In this document: in pieces, positions 41,710-53,395 of the stretch | How the letters are laid out: each line of letters starts with the position of its first letter | Position numbering within the stretch: position 1 is the stretch's first letter | NCBI GenBank assembly: GCA_044355035.1 | Contig: JBIKYX010000003.1 | Coordinates: forward strand, 10,851 to 74,850 | Direction: 5' to 3' | DNA: 64,000 bases | Source: Pseudanabaena sp. | Lineage (GTDB): Bacteria > Cyanobacteriota > Cyanobacteriia > Pseudanabaenales > Pseudanabaenaceae | Translations under genes and position numbers: made by a program | Notes under the pieces: generated by a model | Databases searched by the model: none | Told to the model about the DNA's origin: nothing | Seen by the model: only the letters and a program-made list of their open reading frames with translations

Positions 41710-44700
41710 ATGTTAGAGAACGACTCGCAGCATATATCGCAGCAAAGCACTGAAAATCCAATTAACCGACCAAATCACAAAGTCAGCTCACCAAATAATC
41801 ATACGCAAGAGATTTTAGTCGGTGTTTGGTCTGATATTCTGGGGCTTGAGCAAGTTGGGATTGAAGATAATTTCTTTGATTTGGGAGGACATTCACTGCT
41901 AGTAATTCAGGTGGCTTTGCGAAGTCGTCAAGCTTTTGGCGTTGATATACCTTTGCAAGCTCTATTTGAAAGCCCGACAATTTCCAGCTTTAGCGAATTG
42001 ATTCTTGAGATTCAATCACAAAACTTGGAGCTAGTTGATCAATCGATTACTCCAAGAATAGAACACCACAGTACACCACTTTCTTTCTCTCAAGAAATTA
42101 TGTGGTTTGGAAAACAATTAAATCCAGATCGGTTAATTCATATTAATGAAGCATTCAGATTGAAAGGATATCTTGATCTATCGATTATGAAGCGATCGCT
42201 TGAGGCTATAGTTGCTCACCATGAGGTGCTACGCACTAACTTTAGGCTTGAAGATGGTAGACCGATACAGGTGCTTCAGGCGATCGCTCCATTTGATATG
42301 GAAATCATTGACCTACGAAGTCTTGCTCCCGCAGAGATGGATGCTCAGTTGCCAGTTCTACTTCAACAAAAAGCCCATGAACATTTTGATTTAGAATCAG
42401 ATTTGATGTTACGAGCAACTCTATTCCAATTAAATGATTTGGAAAATGTTTTGCTTTTAGTATTGAATTATATAGTCAGTGATAGTTGGTCTATGGGTAT
42501 ATTGAGACAGCAACTAACGCAGTTATATAACGCATTTTTGATTGGAAAGCCGAATCCTTTATCGCCATTACCGATTCAGTATGCTGATTATGTATGGTGG
42601 CAGCGAGAATGGGTGCAAAGTGGATTACTAGATCAACAAATTAATTATTGGAAAAAACAATTAGAAGGCGTAAATCCCGTTCTAAACTTGCCGATAGACC
42701 GTCCCCGCCCTGCCATTCAAAAAGATTTCGGCGCTACTCAATCCGTAATAATTTCAACTAATTTAAGTAAGGCTCTAAAACAGATTGCTCACAAAGAAGG
42801 TGTAACCTTGTTTATGGTCTTGTTAGCAGCATTTCAAATACTTCTCTATCGATATAGTCATCAAGAAGATATTACAGTTGGTTCGTTAGTAGCGGGGCGT
42901 AATCGCATTGAATTAGAGAATTTAATCGGATTATTTATTAACTTCGTAGCTTTACGCACAGATTTAGGTGGCAATCCAAATTTTAAGGAGCTTTTGCAGA
43001 GGGTTCGCGCCGTATCTCTTGAAGCCTATGCAAATTCCGATTTACCCTTCGACAAGCTATTAGAATATCTAAATTTTAGTAGATCGCTCAGTTATAAACC
43101 ACTATTCCAAGTAATGTTTATTCTCGAAAATACACCGAATCATCCCTTGGAAATGGAAGGAATGACGGGTGTATCCCAAAAAATTGATAATCTTCAGTCT
43201 GGCATGGATTTGACCTTACAGTTACAGGAATACAACGATGATATTCGTGGAACCCTTACTTATAGTACGGATCTGTTCGATCGCGAAACGATCACCAGAA
43301 TGTTAAATCATTTCCAGATTTTGCTAGAAGCGATCGCCGCAAATCCTGAACAGCCGATCGCCAATTTACCAATTTTAACCAGATCTGAACAAGAGCTATT
43401 TCTATTCCCTTATCAGAATCGAATTAGTCCAGAAATTCATGCTCCAATTCATGATCAAGAATTACTAGTTCACCAATTATTTGAGAATCAAGCACGACTT
43501 ACACCCAGTACGATCGCTGTCCAGTATATTGATCGAACATTAACTTATCAACAACTAAACGCCAAAGCTAACCAGTTAGCCCATTATCTGCGCTCCATCG
43601 GTGTTAGAGCCGATCAATTTGTGGGAATCACAGTGGAACGCAATTTAGAAATGATCGTGGGAATTATGGGGATTCTCAAAGCTGGAGCGGCATACGTTCC
43701 TCTTGATCCTGACTATCCACGCGATCGCCTAGCATATATGATCGATGATGCCAAAATCTCGATCCTATTAACCCAAAGTCAATACATATCACAATTACCC
43801 ATTTCTCAAGCAGACAATTCTCAAGTACAGATAATCTGTTTAGATACTAACTGGATAGATATTTCTACATTCAGCGAAGAAAATCCATCATCCATTAATA
43901 CCCTTGAAAATACCGCCTATCTTATCTATACTTCTGGCTCTACGGGGCAGCCAAAAGGGGTAATTATTAGCCATCAGGCGCTCAGCAGTTTTACTAAATC
44001 GGCGATCGCGGAATATAAAATAACCAGTAGCGATCGGGTATTGCAGTTTGCTTCTATCAATTTTGATGCAGCTATAGAAGAAATATATTGCAGTTTATGC
44101 ACAGGTGCTACGTTAGTATTGCGAACTGATGTCATGATTGCTGATTCTCGTAAATTCCTACAAACTTGCGGTGATTGGCAAATAACTGTACTTGATTTAC
44201 CCACTGCTTATTGGCATCAGTTAGTAGCTGATTTAGAAGCGGTTAATTCAACTAATCCAAAAACAAAGTTGTCTTTGCCAGATTCCATTAGACTAGTAAT
44301 TATCGGTGGCGAAAAAGTGCTGCCTGAAGCCGTTAGAGCTTGGCAAAAATATGTAATTAGTTCTCACAAGGAAGGTCAGCTACAGCTAGTCAATACCTAT
44401 GGACCGACGGAAGCAACAGTTGTGGCGGCGGTGTACTGGATTTCAGAAAATGCTGCTTTTAGTGGTGAAGTTCCCATTGGTCGCCCGCTCCGTCACATAG
44501 AAACCTATGTTTTAGACTCCTATTTGCAATTAGTTCCCATCGGTGTAGCAGGAGAACTACATATAGGTGGTGATAGCTTGGCAAATGGATATTTACATCG
44601 TCCTGAACTGACAGCCGCCAAATTTATTCCTAATCCTTTTAGTAGCATTGCTGAACCTTCTTCACTTAATCGCCCACATAGAAGCTTATATAAAACTGGT

Positions 44701-46260
44701 GATTTAGTTCGTTATCTGCCTGATGGCAACCTTGAATTTATCGGTCGCATTGATGACCAAGTAAAAATTCGTGGTTTTCGGATTGAGTTAGGGGAAATTG
44801 AATCCATTCTGACTCAACATCCACATATCCGTGAAGCGGCGATCGTTGTCAGAGAAGAAATCCTCAACAATAAACGCCTTGTTGCTTTTCTTGTGACATC
44901 TACAGGGTTGAAATCAGAACAGGTTCAAGAACTAGAAACAATCAAAAGTAGTGTACGTCAATTCCTGCAAGAGCGATTGCCGAATTATATGCTCCCCAGT
45001 GCTTTTGTCTTTCTAGACAGTTTACCGATTACTCCCAATGGCAAAATTGATCGTCGCATCTTGTCTAATTTAGATATTGCCAATATTCAGTCTGAATCCA
45101 ACTTTGTTCCGCCTCGTAATTACACGGAAGAGGTTTTAGCCAAGATTTGGGCTGAAGTTCTTGGCTTAGAAAGAGTGGGAATTCATGATAACTTTTTTGA
45201 ATTAGGTGGTCATTCGCTTTTGTCTGTTCGTCTAATTTTTGAGATGGAGAAAGCTCTAAACTATCATTTCCCATTAAAATCCCTATTCCAAATTGGCACG
45301 ATCGCCGAAATAGCTAAATTTATTCAAGAACAGGATTCGGAAGAATCATCAGTAGAAGATGTGCCTGCGGGCTTAAGTATTGATGATTATCGCGCCTTGC
45401 TATCTTTACGCGCTGGGATGACAGGTTCACGCATGGGTAAGCGCGGCTTAATTGTCCATATTGCGCCAGCAGTTGAATTAACATCACAACCTTTTGTCTG
45501 GGTCGGTGAAGTGAAAACAGGCAAAAGACTGAAGCTGAAACAACCTGTTTATGTAATGCCAGGGGCAAGTTTATCTTCATCCATGAATTCGTCTCAAGAT
45601 TACATTTCCGTAATTGCTAGCTTGCTGGTAGAAGAGTTACTGTCTGCGAAACCCAGCGATTCCTATTCACTCGGTGGATGGTGTTACAATGGGTTAGTGG
45701 CTATGGAAATGGCTCAACAATTACAGAAGCTTGGCAAACAAGTGGATTTACTCACATTTGTCGATGTGTCAGGGCGATCGCCGATTTATAGTCTAGTGTG
45801 CGATCTGAATTTTCACTTAGGAACTATGCGATTCCACTTGTACAATCTTAACAAATTATCATTTACAAACAAATTGAAGTACATTGTGGAACGGATTCTT
45901 TTCAAATTTAATCCGCCCAAAAGCTCTAGCTCAGCCATTAATAGATTTGATGACAAGATAGAAACGGAGCAGGTGCTTACCCTACTTTTAAAAGCTTTTA
46001 ACAAATACACGCCTAAACCTTACAATGGTAAAGTTTTAATGGTGATTGGTAGTGAACAGATTATTCATGGTCAAAGGGAAATTAAGTATTTTGATGTTTC
46101 TGGTCTATTCCCTTACAACGGATGGGAAAATTTACTAGGTGGTCAAGTATTGCTGGAAAAGATGCCATGCGATCATCTGGACTTAATGGAAAATCCTTAT
46201 TGCGAAAGAATAGGTAATACAATTGCAACTATTACCGCAGCCCCAAAAATTAGGAGATAG
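41710..46260 (+). CDS. Stand-alone NRPS: PCP-C-A-PCP-TE
   Basis: Two LGGHSLL carrier motifs; a condensation domain; A-domain motifs YTSGSTGQPKG, YGPTE, YKTGD and QVKIRGFRIELGE; a C-terminal alpha/beta-hydrolase. Confidence 0.93.
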   Translation: MLENDSQHISQQSTENPINRPNHKVSSPNNHTQEILVGVWSDILGLEQVGIEDNFFDLGGHSLLVIQVALRSRQAFGVDIPLQALFESPTISSFSELILEIQSQNLELVDQSITPRIEHHSTPLSFSQEIMWFGKQLNPDRLIHINEAFRLKGYLDLSIMKRSLEAIVAHHEVLRTNFRLEDGRPIQVLQAIAPFDMEIIDLRSLAPAEMDAQLPVLLQQKAHEHFDLESDLMLRATLFQLNDLENVLLLVLNYIVSDSWSMGILRQQLTQLYNAFLIGKPNPLSPLPIQYADYVWWQREWVQSGLLDQQINYWKKQLEGVNPVLNLPIDRPRPAIQKDFGATQSVIISTNLSKALKQIAHKEGVTLFMVLLAAFQILLYRYSHQEDITVGSLVAGRNRIELENLIGLFINFVALRTDLGGNPNFKELLQRVRAVSLEAYANSDLPFDKLLEYLNFSRSLSYKPLFQVMFILENTPNHPLEMEGMTGVSQKIDNLQSGMDLTLQLQEYNDDIRGTLTYSTDLFDRETITRMLNHFQILLEAIAANPEQPIANLPILTRSEQELFLFPYQNRISPEIHAPIHDQELLVHQLFENQARLTPSTIAVQYIDRTLTYQQLNAKANQLAHYLRSIGVRADQFVGITVERNLEMIVGIMGILKAGAAYVPLDPDYPRDRLAYMIDDAKISILLTQSQYISQLPISQADNSQVQIICLDTNWIDISTFSEENPSSINTLENTAYLIYTSGSTGQPKGVIISHQALSSFTKSAIAEYKITSSDRVLQFASINFDAAIEEIYCSLCTGATLVLRTDVMIADSRKFLQTCGDWQITVLDLPTAYWHQLVADLEAVNSTNPKTKLSLPDSIRLVIIGGEKVLPEAVRAWQKYVISSHKEGQLQLVNTYGPTEATVVAAVYWISENAAFSGEVPIGRPLRHIETYVLDSYLQLVPIGVAGELHIGGDSLANGYLHRPELTAAKFIPNPFSSIAEPSSLNRPHRSLYKTGDLVRYLPDGNLEFIGRIDDQVKIRGFRIELGEIESILTQHPHIREAAIVVREEILNNKRLVAFLVTSTGLKSEQVQELETIKSSVRQFLQERLPNYMLPSAFVFLDSLPITPNGKIDRRILSNLDIANIQSESNFVPPRNYTEEVLAKIWAEVLGLERVGIHDNFFELGGHSLLSVRLIFEMEKALNYHFPLKSLFQIGTIAEIAKFIQEQDSEESSVEDVPAGLSIDDYRALLSLRAGMTGSRMGKRGLIVHIAPAVELTSQPFVWVGEVKTGKRLKLKQPVYVMPGASLSSSMNSSQDYISVIASLLVEELLSAKPSDSYSLGGWCYNGLVAMEMAQQLQKLGKQVDLLTFVDVSGRSPIYSLVCDLNFHLGTMRFHLYNLNKLSFTNKLKYIVERILFKFNPPKSSSSAINRFDDKIETEQVLTLLLKAFNKYTPKPYNGKVLMVIGSEQIIHGQREIKYFDVSGLFPYNGWENLLGGQVLLEKMPCDHLDLMENPYCERIGNTIATITAAPKIRR

Positions 46261-46265
46261 CAGCT

Positions 46266-48014
46266 ATGTTAAAAAGTAAACCTCGCGATGTACAAGTAAT
46301 TTATATTGCTGATCAAACCTATGCCCTGCGATCGCGTAGTTGGAATCGCTTGCGGTTTGAAATTGAATATGCTTTAGAGAAAGGAACTACCGCTAATTCA
46401 TTTTTAATTCAGGGAGCTTTACAAGCAATCATTGATCCCCCTGGCGGAACTTTTACTGATATTTATTTAGATCAACTGCGACAACGCATAAATATTAGCG
46501 ATATCAGTTATGTGATCCTTGGTCATGTCAACCAAAACCGTATTGATACCTTAAAAGCTTTATTAGAAATCAATCGCCGCCTTACATTTGTCTGCACTAA
46601 CGCTGGGGCGATCGCTTTACGCGAAGGTTTGGGTGAAGGTTTGGGCGAAGGATCGGGTGAAGGCTTGGGCAAAGGTTTAGGCGATAATATCAAAATTCAA
46701 ATTGTGCGTGGCGAAGAAACCCTCGATCTTGGCAAAGGGCATATTCTTAAATTTATCCCCACCTCCACACCGCGCCATCCTGACCAGCTCTGCACCTACG
46801 ACTCGAAAACGCAGATTTTATATACAGATAAATTTTTTGGGGCGCATATCTGTGGCGATCAGGTATTTGATGAAGGCTGGAGCCAACTGCTGAGCGATCG
46901 CCGCTATTACTTTGACAGCACAATGGCAAACCAAGTCCGTCAAGTCGAATCAGCCCTTGATAAATTTGCCGATCTTGAGGTTGCTTTTTATGCCCCTGGG
47001 CATGGTCCAATGGTGCGCTATGGCTTGAATGAACTCGTAAAGCTCTATCGCCAATGGTGCGAATCACAAAAGCAGCAAAACATTTCTGTAGTTGTGATCT
47101 TTGCGTCCGCCTATGGCAACACCACCACGATCGCTAATGCACTGGCTCGAGGCATTACCAAAGCAGGCGTGGCAGTAGAGTTAATCAATTGCGAAAGTGC
47201 AGAACCTGAAGAAATTAAAGCGGCGATCGAAAAGTCTTCGGGATTCCTGATTGGTTCTCCGACTCTGGCTGGACATTTGCCAACACAGGTGCAGACGGCT
47301 TTAGGAATCATCTTGTCTACGGCAACCAAGAGTTATCAAGCAGGTGTTTTCGGCTCCTTTGGTTGGAGTGGTGAAGCTGTGGATATTATTGCGGGAAAAC
47401 TTAAGGATGCGGGATATATCCTTGCCTTTGAACCAATTCGGATCAAGTTCACGCCCACGGAAGCGACATTACAGCTTTGTGAAGAAACAGGTACAGACTT
47501 TGCCCAAGCCCTAAAACGCGCCAAAAAAGTTCGCACAACCCTGAATCCAGGCAGTACGGTTGAGCAAGCGGTCGGGCGCATTGTTGGCTCCTTATGTGTG
47601 TTAACCGTTCAGCGCGGTGAAGTATCTACAGCGATGCTAGCTTCTTGGGTATCGCAAGCCACCTTTAATCCCCCAGGGCTGACGATCGCCGTAGCCAAGG
47701 ATCGCGCCGTCGAGTCTTATTTGTTTGAAGGCGATCGCTTTGTTTTAAATATTCTCGAACAGGGCAAGCAACTCCGCAAACACTTTATGAAAAAATTTGC
47801 GCCTGGGGAAAATCGCTTTGTGGATGTCCAATCAGAACTAACTGAAGGCGGTTTGATTTTAACCGATGGTTTGGCATATTTAGAATGTCGCGTTGCTCAG
47901 CGAATGGAATGTGGTGATCACTGGATTATCTATGCGATCGCGGACAATGGGAAGTTATTGCAGTCCAACGGCTTAACCGCTATTCATCACCGCAAAACTG
48001 CCAGTAATTATTAG
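46266..48014 (+). CDS. Flavodiiron protein (Flv1/Flv2-type; beta-lactamase-like, flavodoxin and flavin reductase domains)
   Basis: Motifs RSRSWNRLRFEIEY, ASAYGNT, FGSFGWSGE and GDHW. Confidence 0.92.
   Translation: MLKSKPRDVQVIYIADQTYALRSRSWNRLRFEIEYALEKGTTANSFLIQGALQAIIDPPGGTFTDIYLDQLRQRINISDISYVILGHVNQNRIDTLKALLEINRRLTFVCTNAGAIALREGLGEGLGEGSGEGLGKGLGDNIKIQIVRGEETLDLGKGHILKFIPTSTPRHPDQLCTYDSKTQILYTDKFFGAHICGDQVFDEGWSQLLSDRRYYFDSTMANQVRQVESALDKFADLEVAFYAPGHGPMVRYGLNELVKLYRQWCESQKQQNISVVVIFASAYGNTTTIANALARGITKAGVAVELINCESAEPEEIKAAIEKSSGFLIGSPTLAGHLPTQVQTALGIILSTATKSYQAGVFGSFGWSGEAVDIIAGKLKDAGYILAFEPIRIKFTPTEATLQLCEETGTDFAQALKRAKKVRTTLNPGSTVEQAVGRIVGSLCVLTVQRGEVSTAMLASWVSQATFNPPGLTIAVAKDRAVESYLFEGDRFVLNILEQGKQLRKHFMKKFAPGENRFVDVQSELTEGGLILTDGLAYLECRVAQRMECGDHWIIYAIADNGKLLQSNGLTAIHHRKTASNY
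46623..46682 (+). repeat. In-frame 12-bp tandem repeat x5 inside the flavodiiron gene
   Basis: GAAGGTTTGGG(T/C)-type units encoding EGLG EGLG EGSG EGLG KGLG. Confidence 0.85.
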
Positions 48015-48100
48015 ATGTTTGCCTAGCTTACCAATCACTCGTAAAATTAAAGCAAGCCTAAAGGTATGGGCTTTTTAAAGTTTTTTTAGAGAATTTATAG

Positions 48101-49747
<1,647 letters not shown>

Positions 49748-49771
49748 TGATGTTACGTGGAAGTTTCTAAA

Positions 49772-49998
49772 GCCCTCACCCCTAGCCCTCTCCCATAGGC
49801 TACCTTGTACACACAAGTCTAACTGTCTACGTTTCAGGGTTTAGATCCCCCCAGCCCCCCTTGTAAAGGGGGGAGAATCAATTAAATTTTCTTCTTCCCC
49901 CTTTACAAGGGGGATTGAGGGGGATCTTTAGTAACTTGCACTATAGCTGATAACTTGTGTGTAAACGGTAGTCTGTGGGATAGGGGCTAAGATGAGAG
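49772..49998. mobile_element. Three nested palindromic repeat elements
   Basis: Outer arms CCCTCTCCCA / TGGGATAGGG; middle arms CTACCTTGTACACACAAGT (49800-49818) / ACTTGTGTGTAAACGGTAG (49953-49971); inner element 49827-49946 matches 1213-1335. Confidence 0.75.
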
Positions 49999-50102
49999 CT
50001 TGACTAATCTTCTGCGTAACATAACTAATTATTCACCTTGCAACACCTATTTACTTAATAGGAAAAGAGTATAATCCGAAAACAAATTTAGGAATAGATT
50101 AA

Positions 50103-51215
50103 ATGGTGTCCACAAGTTTTCATGTCTGCATCACCCTAGGTACTCGTCCCGAAGCAATCAAACTTGCGCCTGTCATCCATTTATTTAGAAATAATTCCCA
50201 GTTCCAAACCTCAGTGATTCTAACGGGACAACATCGCGAAATGGTTGCCCAAGTGATGCAGTTGTTTGAACTTCAAGCTGATTATGATTTGGGAATTATG
50301 CAACCAAAGCAAACCCTCACTCAGATTACTTGCAATAGTTTGATGGGGTTAGAGAAGTTATATCAAGAGATTCAGCCCAATATAGTATTGGTTCAAGGCG
50401 ATACAACCACAGCTTTTGCGGCGGCTCTAGCAGCTTTTTATCAACAAATTCCTGTGGGTCATGTTGAAGCAGGGTTGCGTACCGATAATCTCTTTAATCC
50501 ATTTCCTGAAGAAGCCAATCGTCGTCTAGTTTCCCAAATCGCCCAACTTCATTTTGCTCCCACCCTTGCCTCCGTCGAAAATCTCAAGGTTTCAGGGGTA
50601 AAAGAGGGAATACACCATACGGGAAATACAGTAATTGATGCGCTGTTATATGTTTCGGGGCGATCGCCTGAATGTGCGATCGCAGGTTTAGACTGGTCAG
50701 CCCAGCGCGTGATCCTTGCCACCGTGCATCGCCGCGAAAATTGGGGTGAACCATTGGCGCAAATTACTGAAGCATGGTTACAGATCTTGGCAGATTTCCC
50801 CGATGTAGCCTTAGTATTGCCGATGCATCTCAATCCTGTCGTGCGCGAACCATTAATCGCCAAGTTAGGAAATCATCCCCGCATTTTCTTAGTTGAACCG
50901 CTAGATTATGAGCAGTTGGTCGGTGCGATGCAGTGCTGTTATTTGATCATGAGTGATTCAGGCGGCTTGCAAGAAGAAGCTCCTAGCTTAGGAAAACCAG
51001 TCCTAGTATTACGTTCCACGACTGAACGACCTGAAGCGATCGCCGCAGGAACGAGCAAACTAGTAGGTACAGAAACCCAAGACATCGTAGCGGCGGCAAC
51101 TAAATTATTAAGCGATCGCACTGCCTATGAAGAAATGGCAAATGTGGCAAATCCATTTGGTGATGGTCAATCTAGTCAGCGTATCCTAGAGATCGTCCAT
51201 TCATTTTTAGCTTAA
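50103..51215 (+). CDS. wecB: UDP-N-acetylglucosamine 2-epimerase (non-hydrolysing)
   Basis: Motifs GTRPEAIK, GQHREM, QGDT, HVEAGLR and DSGGLQEE. Confidence 0.96.
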   Translation: MVSTSFHVCITLGTRPEAIKLAPVIHLFRNNSQFQTSVILTGQHREMVAQVMQLFELQADYDLGIMQPKQTLTQITCNSLMGLEKLYQEIQPNIVLVQGDTTTAFAAALAAFYQQIPVGHVEAGLRTDNLFNPFPEEANRRLVSQIAQLHFAPTLASVENLKVSGVKEGIHHTGNTVIDALLYVSGRSPECAIAGLDWSAQRVILATVHRRENWGEPLAQITEAWLQILADFPDVALVLPMHLNPVVREPLIAKLGNHPRIFLVEPLDYEQLVGAMQCCYLIMSDSGGLQEEAPSLGKPVLVLRSTTERPEAIAAGTSKLVGTETQDIVAAATKLLSDRTAYEEMANVANPFGDGQSSQRILEIVHSFLA

Positions 51216-51279
51216 AACCACCTAGTTTCCATTCTCGACTGGGCTTCATAGACTTTTGTCAGTCAATCAGAAAAATAAC

Positions 51280-51924
51280 TTATGTATTTTTGGCAATAGC
51301 TCTATAGTTCCAATAGAAGGCGATCGCTAAATTGATCCACTTCAGAATGTAATAAAGTCCTGTAAAGACAACAAAAAATATGATTGTCCCCAAAAAGAAA
51401 TTGGGACTTTCAAGATTGTTAAAAGCATCTTGAATGACGCGGCGTGGTTGCGTCAACACATACCAACTGTTTAAACGATTAACCCGCCCCCAATATACGC
51501 CGATCGCACAGATAAAATTGATGCTGATTTCTACCCAAGTTGTATTTTTTATGAACTTACTCAAACTTAAATAGTTCGCGAGATTCATCATTGATAAGAC
51601 ATAAAGTTGATAACCCAGCAATATAAAAGCAAAATACTGCGGAATTAATACAAAAATCACACCGTTAGTTGAAATATCAGGCAACCTTGTATCATAAACA
51701 AAATGAATAATGTCGGTGAGGATATAGGGAGCATTTGGCAAAAACAAGATAAATATCGCGATACCGAACCACCAAATTAAATTTTGGGATAATTGCTTAG
51801 GCGATCGCTTAACAAATCGTTGATCAAACAAGATAAAACTAAGCGCACAGGGAATTATGGCTAAAAACAAATTCCAGCCCATCCACCGAAAGTTATCCAA
51901 AAACTGCTCAAATGCTTCTGTCAT
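51280..51924 (-). CDS. DUF1361-like membrane protein
   Basis: Motifs WNLFLA, FLPNAPYILTDIIH and G..R.NSW. Confidence 0.85.
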   Translation of the reverse strand: MTEAFEQFLDNFRWMGWNLFLAIIPCALSFILFDQRFVKRSPKQLSQNLIWWFGIAIFILFLPNAPYILTDIIHFVYDTRLPDISTNGVIFVLIPQYFAFILLGYQLYVLSMMNLANYLSLSKFIKNTTWVEISINFICAIGVYWGRVNRLNSWYVLTQPRRVIQDAFNNLESPNFFLGTIIFFVVFTGLYYILKWINLAIAFYWNYRAIAKNT

Positions 51925-52019
51925 TGATTTTTACTGCGTAGTATGTTGATAGGCTAGCTCTTGCTAGTTATTAATTTCTTCGAGATTAAACTGTTAGATA
52001 GACTTTTAGATAGATATTT

Positions 52020-52760
52020 ATGATAAATGGTTTCCCGATTTCGCAAAGCTGGTTAATAGCGATCGCTCTAAATACTATTCTCGGTGCGATCGCCTTATTG
52101 TTACCGCGCAAGGTCTTGACCACTACAGGCATATATCATGCATGGGCGTTGGGAATCACGATCTGGGGCTGTCTAGGATGGCAGGGTTATATCGTAATTT
52201 TAAGCTATTTGATTGTGGGATCGGGGGTAACACGCATCGGTAAAGATATTAAAGAAGCTAAAGGCATTGCCGAAAAACGCGATGGCGCAAGGGGACCTGA
52301 AAATCTGTGGGGATCGGCTGCTACGGGTGCGATTTGTGCGATTGGTCAAGCGATCGCGCCCAACCCTCTGTGGCTATTGGCATACACCGCCAGTCTCAGC
52401 ACCAAACTAGCCGATACAACTGCTAGCGAAATAGGCAAGGCTTACGGTAAAACCACCTATTTAATCACTACACTCAAACCAGTCCCCGCAGGCACAGAAG
52501 GCGCTGTCAGCCTCGAAGGCACGATCGCAGGAATTATCGGGTCGCTCTTGATCGCGGCGATCGGTTTTGTGGGTTTATTAACTAGTCCGTGGGATCTCCT
52601 CTACTGTGCGATCGCCGCCTTTATCGCCACAAATATCGAGAGCTTAATTGGCGCAACTTTACAAGAAAAATATGACTGGCTCACCAATGAACTCGTGAAC
52701 GGGATTAATACAACTATCGGTGCGGCGATCGCGGTTTTGGTTGCCTCAATTATGAGATGA
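52020..52760 (+). CDS. DUF92 / TIGR00297 membrane protein
   Basis: Motifs GARGPENLWG, ADT.ASEIG, GT.GAVSLEG and TNELVN. Confidence 0.9.
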   Translation: MINGFPISQSWLIAIALNTILGAIALLLPRKVLTTTGIYHAWALGITIWGCLGWQGYIVILSYLIVGSGVTRIGKDIKEAKGIAEKRDGARGPENLWGSAATGAICAIGQAIAPNPLWLLAYTASLSTKLADTTASEIGKAYGKTTYLITTLKPVPAGTEGAVSLEGTIAGIIGSLLIAAIGFVGLLTSPWDLLYCAIAAFIATNIESLIGATLQEKYDWLTNELVNGINTTIGAAIAVLVASIMR

Positions 52761-52842
52761 TAAGACGTGTATTTTGATGCAGCGCTTTGCGCTTTTTGAA
52801 AATACAAAAAACTTTCTTGTAAGTAGGTTGTTGGAATTAAAC

Positions 52843-52917
52843 GTAGGATGTGTTAGCGATAGCGTAACGCATCTGCTTTAAGCAATTGATGCGTTACGTT
52901 GCACTAACGCATCCTAC
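52843..52917. repeat. REP-like double-hairpin element, copy 2
   Basis: GTAGGATGTGTTAGCG...CGTAACGCATC...GATGCGTTACGTTGCACTAACGCATCCTAC. Confidence 0.85.
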
Positions 52918-52960
52918 AAATAATTAAGCTGTATTTAAATCTGTATTTAGAAGAGTTGCA

Positions 52961-53395
52961 ATGGGACTAAGTAACAATCTGTTAAACCCTAATAACCAAT
53001 CCTTGATTGTACGAGACTGCTGTGAAATGATCGATGCACAAGTAGCTAGCAAGTCAGGGCTGAGTGGAATAGCGATTAAAACCGCCTTTGCCGCGCTTAA
53101 GGGAATTAAACCAAATTATATTTATGGTGTTGTTGATTCGCTGTTAGAACCATGTTTGAACGCAATTGATCCTCTTTGGGATGAGGGCATCGCCCAAGGT
53201 GAGCCTGTAGAGTATCTCAAAGCAAATCGATCTCGTACCGCAGACGCATTGCTGATTGTTACTGACAAAAAAGTGAAAAGCACCAAACTACAACTGGTGA
53301 AAGGGGTCTATGACAAACTGCGTAGTTCGGCAAAGCAACATGTCGAAGAAGCGGTTCCCGCTTTTGCTCAGATAATCGGAAAATATTCCCTATAA
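52961..53395 (+). CDS. Conserved helical hypothetical protein (DUF6918-like)
   Basis: Motifs KSGLSGIAIK.AF..LK..KP, ADALL.VTD and AK.HVEEAVP. Confidence 0.75.
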   Translation: MGLSNNLLNPNNQSLIVRDCCEMIDAQVASKSGLSGIAIKTAFAALKGIKPNYIYGVVDSLLEPCLNAIDPLWDEGIAQGEPVEYLKANRSRTADALLIVTDKKVKSTKLQLVKGVYDKLRSSAKQHVEEAVPAFAQIIGKYSL

